DNA of 32,649 nucleotides from a virus (Duplodnaviria; Heunggongvirae; Uroviricota; Caudoviricetes): IMG/VR virus record IMGVR_UViG_2778261544_000010, positions 1 to 32,649 of that record; one strand, 5' to 3'. Shown piece by piece: positions 29,374 to 32,649 of this stretch (position 1 is its first letter; each line of letters starts with the position of its first letter). The notes under the pieces were generated by a model. It saw only the letters and a program-made list of their open reading frames with translations, ran no database searches and was not told where the DNA came from. The position numbers and the translations under genes were made by a program.

Positions 29374-29528
29374 CGCATCCTCACGATAATATCCGGGTAG
29401 GCGCGATCACTTTCGTCTACTCCATTACAAAGCGAGGCTGGGTATTTCCCGGCCTTTCTGTTATCAGAAATCCACTGAAAGCACAGCGGCTGGCTGAGAA
29501 GATAAATAATAAACAGGAGGATATATGA
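29370..29528 (+). CDS. Small coupled ORF (52 aa) between exo and the DGQHR gene
   Basis: I translated it by hand: [56 protein letters not shown] overlaps at both ends (exo stop and DGQHR start). Not in the ORF track (under 60 aa). Confidence 0.4.
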
Positions 29529-30589
29529 GTCAGGTTGGTAATCATTCATTCGAATTTCCGGCATCGCAAGGTGTACAGGGTGGTACTGTTACACTCTTCC
29601 TTACCATACCAGGAAGATCGCTGGCTCGTTTCCTCGCTTCAGATAATTACGGCCATACACTGGAACGCTCTCAGCGAGAAATTAATCCAAATCGAGTACG
29701 AAAATTTTTAAATTATCTCACTAACGCAGACTCAAGAAATGAGCCTTTTATCATTCCCCCTCTCGTAGGTAACTGTGATTCGAATATAGAATTTGTACCG
29801 TTTGGCAACACAAATGTTGGTATAGCCAGAATTCCCCTCGACGCCGAAATAAAACTTTTTGATGGTCAACATCGTGCAGCTGGCATTGAGATATTTTGCC
29901 GAAGTTCCCCATCAACGCTCATGGTTCCCATGATGCTTACAATGAATCTGCCGCTAAAAACCCGGCAGCAGTTCTTTTCGGACATAAATAACAACGTTTC
30001 TAAGCCATCAGCGACCATCAATATGGCGTATAACGGCCGGGATGATATTGCTCAGGGAATGATATCCTTCCTGACCCAACATACTGTATTTGCCGATATA
30101 ACCGATTTTGAACACAACGTAGTGCCATTAAAAAGTAATATGTGGGTGAGTTTCAAGGCACTCACTGATGCAACGTCAAAGTTCGCCAGGAACGGCAATC
30201 AACAACTTGAAATGGGATATATAGAATCTGTCTGGGAGGCATGGATTACACTAACTCAGATTGACTCAATCCGACATGGTGTACACCACGCTACGTACAA
30301 GCGCGATTATATTCAGTTCCATGGAGTAATGATTAACGCTTTCGGTTTTGCGGTTCAACAGATGATGGTTAATCATTCCATCGCAGAAATAACTTCTATG
30401 ATCGAAAAACTATGTGCAACTACCAGCTCTGCAGAAAGAGAGGATTTTTTTCTGATGGATAACTGGGCGGGGATCTGCACGAAAGCCAGCCAGGAAAAAC
30501 TATCTGTTATTGCCAATGTGGCAGCGCAGAAAGCAGCAGCAAACAGACTGATACAAGCTTTTACCAAAGGAAGTCTGGAATCAACTTAA
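29525..30589 (+). CDS. DGQHR-domain protein (DndB-like)
   Basis: 354 aa containing the literal motif FDGQHRAAGIE. Strong RBS AGGAGG. Occupies the variable ea/b2-type slot between exo and xis. Confidence 0.75.
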   Translation: MSQVGNHSFEFPASQGVQGGTVTLFLTIPGRSLARFLASDNYGHTLERSQREINPNRVRKFLNYLTNADSRNEPFIIPPLVGNCDSNIEFVPFGNTNVGIARIPLDAEIKLFDGQHRAAGIEIFCRSSPSTLMVPMMLTMNLPLKTRQQFFSDINNNVSKPSATINMAYNGRDDIAQGMISFLTQHTVFADITDFEHNVVPLKSNMWVSFKALTDATSKFARNGNQQLEMGYIESVWEAWITLTQIDSIRHGVHHATYKRDYIQFHGVMINAFGFAVQQMMVNHSIAEITSMIEKLCATTSSAEREDFFLMDNWAGICTKASQEKLSVIANVAAQKAAANRLIQAFTKGSLEST

Positions 30590-30666
30590 TGAATCAACAT
30601 TGTCTCATATCAGCATGCTGTACGGCGTCTTTAAGGAACGGTGAGCATGAAAAACAAAATCATCAT

Positions 30667-30690
30667 GGAGCTACAGGCTCCTTTTTTATT
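30667..30690 (+). terminator. Putative intrinsic terminator after the DGQHR gene
   Basis: GGAGC-TACAG-GCTCC followed by TTTTTT. Short 5-bp stem. Confidence 0.4.
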
Positions 30691-30742
30691 ATTCGCATTC
30701 ACCCTCAAGCGTATTAACCAACAATTCAGGGATTAATGAAAG

Positions 30743-30961
30743 ATGGCAGACATCATTGATTCAGCATCAGAAATTGAAGAATTACAGCGCAACACAGCAA
30801 TAAAAATGCGCCGCCTGAACCACCAGGCTATATCTGCCACTCATTGTTGTGAGTGTGGCGATCCCATAGATGAACGAAGACGCCTGGCCGTTCAGGGTTG
30901 TCGGACTTGTGCAAGTTGCCAGGAGGAGATCGAACTTAAGAACAAACAATGGGGATTGTGA
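30743..30961 (+). CDS. TraR/DksA-family C4 zinc-finger protein (lambda Orf73-like)
   Basis: 72 aa with CxxC...CxxC (HCCECGDPIDERRRLAVQGCRTCASCQ), typical of phage and plasmid TraR homologs. Confidence 0.85.
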   Translation: MADIIDSASEIEELQRNTAIKMRRLNHQAISATHCCECGDPIDERRRLAVQGCRTCASCQEEIELKNKQWGL

Positions 30962-31008
30962 TGGCCTCAAAGCAGCAAATTTCAACATCGTCCAACTGAG
31001 GTGTAAAA

Positions 31009-31287
31009 ATGTTCAGAATCATTTTTCCTAACACCTGGTACGTCGACCACCACGGCACTCCCTGCAAAATCCTGCGTTCTACCCACAACAAAGTTCACTA
31101 CATCCGAAAAGGCAGAACATGTATCGCCAGCATGTTCCGCTTTAATCATGACTTTGAACCTGTGAATAAAGCTGATGCAGATCGGATAGCAGAAGAGATC
31201 GAAACGGCAGAACACATTAAGAAGTTACGTGACATGCGTTCAAAAAGCAGAGGTAACCATGGAATCATACAGCCTCACACTCGATGA
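31009..31287 (+). CDS. Hypothetical 92-aa protein upstream of xis
   Basis: ATG preceded by GAGGTG. No homolog recognised. Its 3' end overlaps the putative xis start. Confidence 0.4.
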   Translation: MFRIIFPNTWYVDHHGTPCKILRSTHNKVHYIRKGRTCIASMFRFNHDFEPVNKADADRIAEEIETAEHIKKLRDMRSKSRGNHGIIQPHTR

Positions 31288-31630
31288 GGCCTGTCAGTTT
31301 CTTAAGATATCCAGACCAACCGCCACCAACTGGATACGAACAGGCCGCCTACAGGCAACACGCAAAGATCCAACCAAGCCAAAATCTCCTTACCTCACAA
31401 CACGGCAAGCCTGCATTGCGGCGCTTCAGTCTCCGCTGCATACTGTCCAGGTGAGCGCGGGTGATGGCATAACAGAGGAAAGAAAATGTCACTCTTCCGC
31501 AGAAATGAAATATGGTATGCCTCGTATTCGCTCCCGGGCGGGAAACGAATTAAGGAATCTCTTGGCACAAAGGACAAGCGGCAAGCTCAGGAGTTGCACG
31601 ACAAGCGAAAAGCAGAACTCTGGCGAGTAG
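31259..31630 (+). CDS. xis: Putative excisionase / AlpA-like HTH protein
   Basis: From ATG 31259 (RBS GAGGT): [28 protein letters not shown] resembles the excisionase/AlpA HTH. It overlaps the integrase start in another frame, as xis/int often do. The length of the true product is uncertain. Confidence 0.5.
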   Translation: MESYSLTLDEACQFLKISRPTATNWIRTGRLQATRKDPTKPKSPYLTTRQACIAALQSPLHTVQVSAGDGITEERKCHSSAEMKYGMPRIRSRAGNELRNLLAQRTSGKLRSCTTSEKQNSGE

Positions 31631-32649
31631 AAAAGCTAGGGGATTTACCTGATGTCACTTTTGAAGAGGCCTGCCTAAGATGGCTTGAGGAAAAAGCTGA
31701 TAAAAAATCTCTCGATTCAGATAAAAGCCGGATTGAGTTCTGGCTTGAACATTTTGAGGGTATAAGGCTTAAAGATATCTCGGAGGCAAAGATTTACTCT
31801 GCTGTAAGCAGAATGCATAACAGAAAGACGAAAGAAATATGGAAACAGAAAGTTCAGGCCGCCATCAGGAAAGGTAAAGAACCGCCTGTTTATGAACCAA
31901 AGCCAGTATCAACTCAGACAAAGGCAAAGCATCTTGCCATGATAAAGGCCATTCTCCGTGCTGCAGAACGCGACTGGAAGTGGCTGGAAAAAGCTCCTGT
32001 AATCAAGATACCAGCGGTCAGAAACAAGCGAGTCAGATGGCTGGAAAAGGAGGAAGCAAAACGCCTTATTGATGAGTGCCCCGAACCACTGAAATCTGTC
32101 GTCAAGTTTGCGCTGGCAACTGGTCTGAGAAAGTCGAACATCATAAATCTGGAATGGCAACAAATCGACATGCAGCGACGAGTTGCCTGGGTGAATCCAG
32201 AAGAGAGCAAATCAAACCGCGCCATTGGTGTGGCGCTGAACGATACCGCCTGTAAAGTGTTGCGTGATCAAATAGGCAAGCATCACAAATGGGTGTTTGT
32301 ACATACCAAGGCGGCTAAGCGAGCAGATGGAACATCAACGCCTGCGGTCAGGAAGATGCGCATCGACAGCAAAACATCATGGCTATCAGCTTGTCGTCGT
32401 GCAGGAATTGAAGATTTCCGTTTCCATGACCTCAGACACACCTGGGCAAGCTGGCTGATTCAGTCAGGCGTCCCATTATCAGTGCTTCAGGAAATGGGCG
32501 GATGGGAGTCCATAGAAATGGTTCGTAGGTATGCTCACCTTGCGCCTAATCATTTGACAGAGCATGCGAGGAAAATAGACGACATTTTTGGTGATAATGT
32601 CCCAAATATGTCCCACTCTGGAATTATGGAGGATATAAAGAAGGCGTAA
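31486..32649 (+). CDS. int: Tyrosine integrase (DLP12 IntD-like)
   Basis: 387 aa [40 protein letters not shown]... closely matches remembered IntD, with catalytic region [42 protein letters not shown]. The stop codon TAA is the last 3 bases of the window. Confidence 0.95.
   Translation: MSLFRRNEIWYASYSLPGGKRIKESLGTKDKRQAQELHDKRKAELWRVEKLGDLPDVTFEEACLRWLEEKADKKSLDSDKSRIEFWLEHFEGIRLKDISEAKIYSAVSRMHNRKTKEIWKQKVQAAIRKGKEPPVYEPKPVSTQTKAKHLAMIKAILRAAERDWKWLEKAPVIKIPAVRNKRVRWLEKEEAKRLIDECPEPLKSVVKFALATGLRKSNIINLEWQQIDMQRRVAWVNPEESKSNRAIGVALNDTACKVLRDQIGKHHKWVFVHTKAAKRADGTSTPAVRKMRIDSKTSWLSACRRAGIEDFRFHDLRHTWASWLIQSGVPLSVLQEMGGWESIEMVRRYAHLAPNHLTEHARKIDDIFGDNVPNMSHSGIMEDIKKA

Noticed and set aside
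30600-30690. 29-codon ORF MKNKIIMELQAPFLLFAFTLKRINQQFRD overlapping the terminator hairpin
   Set aside because: No RBS, and it overlaps a predicted terminator; probably not translated.

Overview
The window is one nearly complete lambdoid prophage, with late genes on the minus strand, read from the head genes at the left to the integrase at the right. All calls are from reading the translated ORFs and the DNA by eye against remembered lambda, phage 21 and DLP12 proteins; no database search was run. Backbone, left to right: lambda-type head genes (FII partial, FI, E, D, C/Nu3, B, W, A, Nu1), a lambda-like cos site, a phage-21-type lysis cassette (S21 pinholin, SAR endolysin, Rz/Rz1), a DLP12-like Q and nin region (rusA, ybcO, ninE, ybcN), replication genes O and P with iterons, a cro/cI immunity region, lambda Red genes (gam, bet, exo), a TraR-like gene, xis and a DLP12 IntD-like integrase whose stop codon is the last base of the window. 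The att sites are outside the window. Several AT-rich cargo insertions interrupt this backbone. The two most interesting are a two-gene operon of unknown function in the rexAB slot just downstream of cI, and a DGQHR (DndB-like) protein translationally coupled downstream of exo. Other cargo: an AraC regulator, a DUF523/DUF1722 protein and a Blc lipocalin between Q and the holin; a membrane protein and a Bro-N gene flanked by about 150 bp direct repeats; and a secreted esterase plus a 1303 aa intimin/invasin-like adhesin with a 357 bp tandem duplication. No rRNA, tRNA, CRISPR array or transposase was seen.
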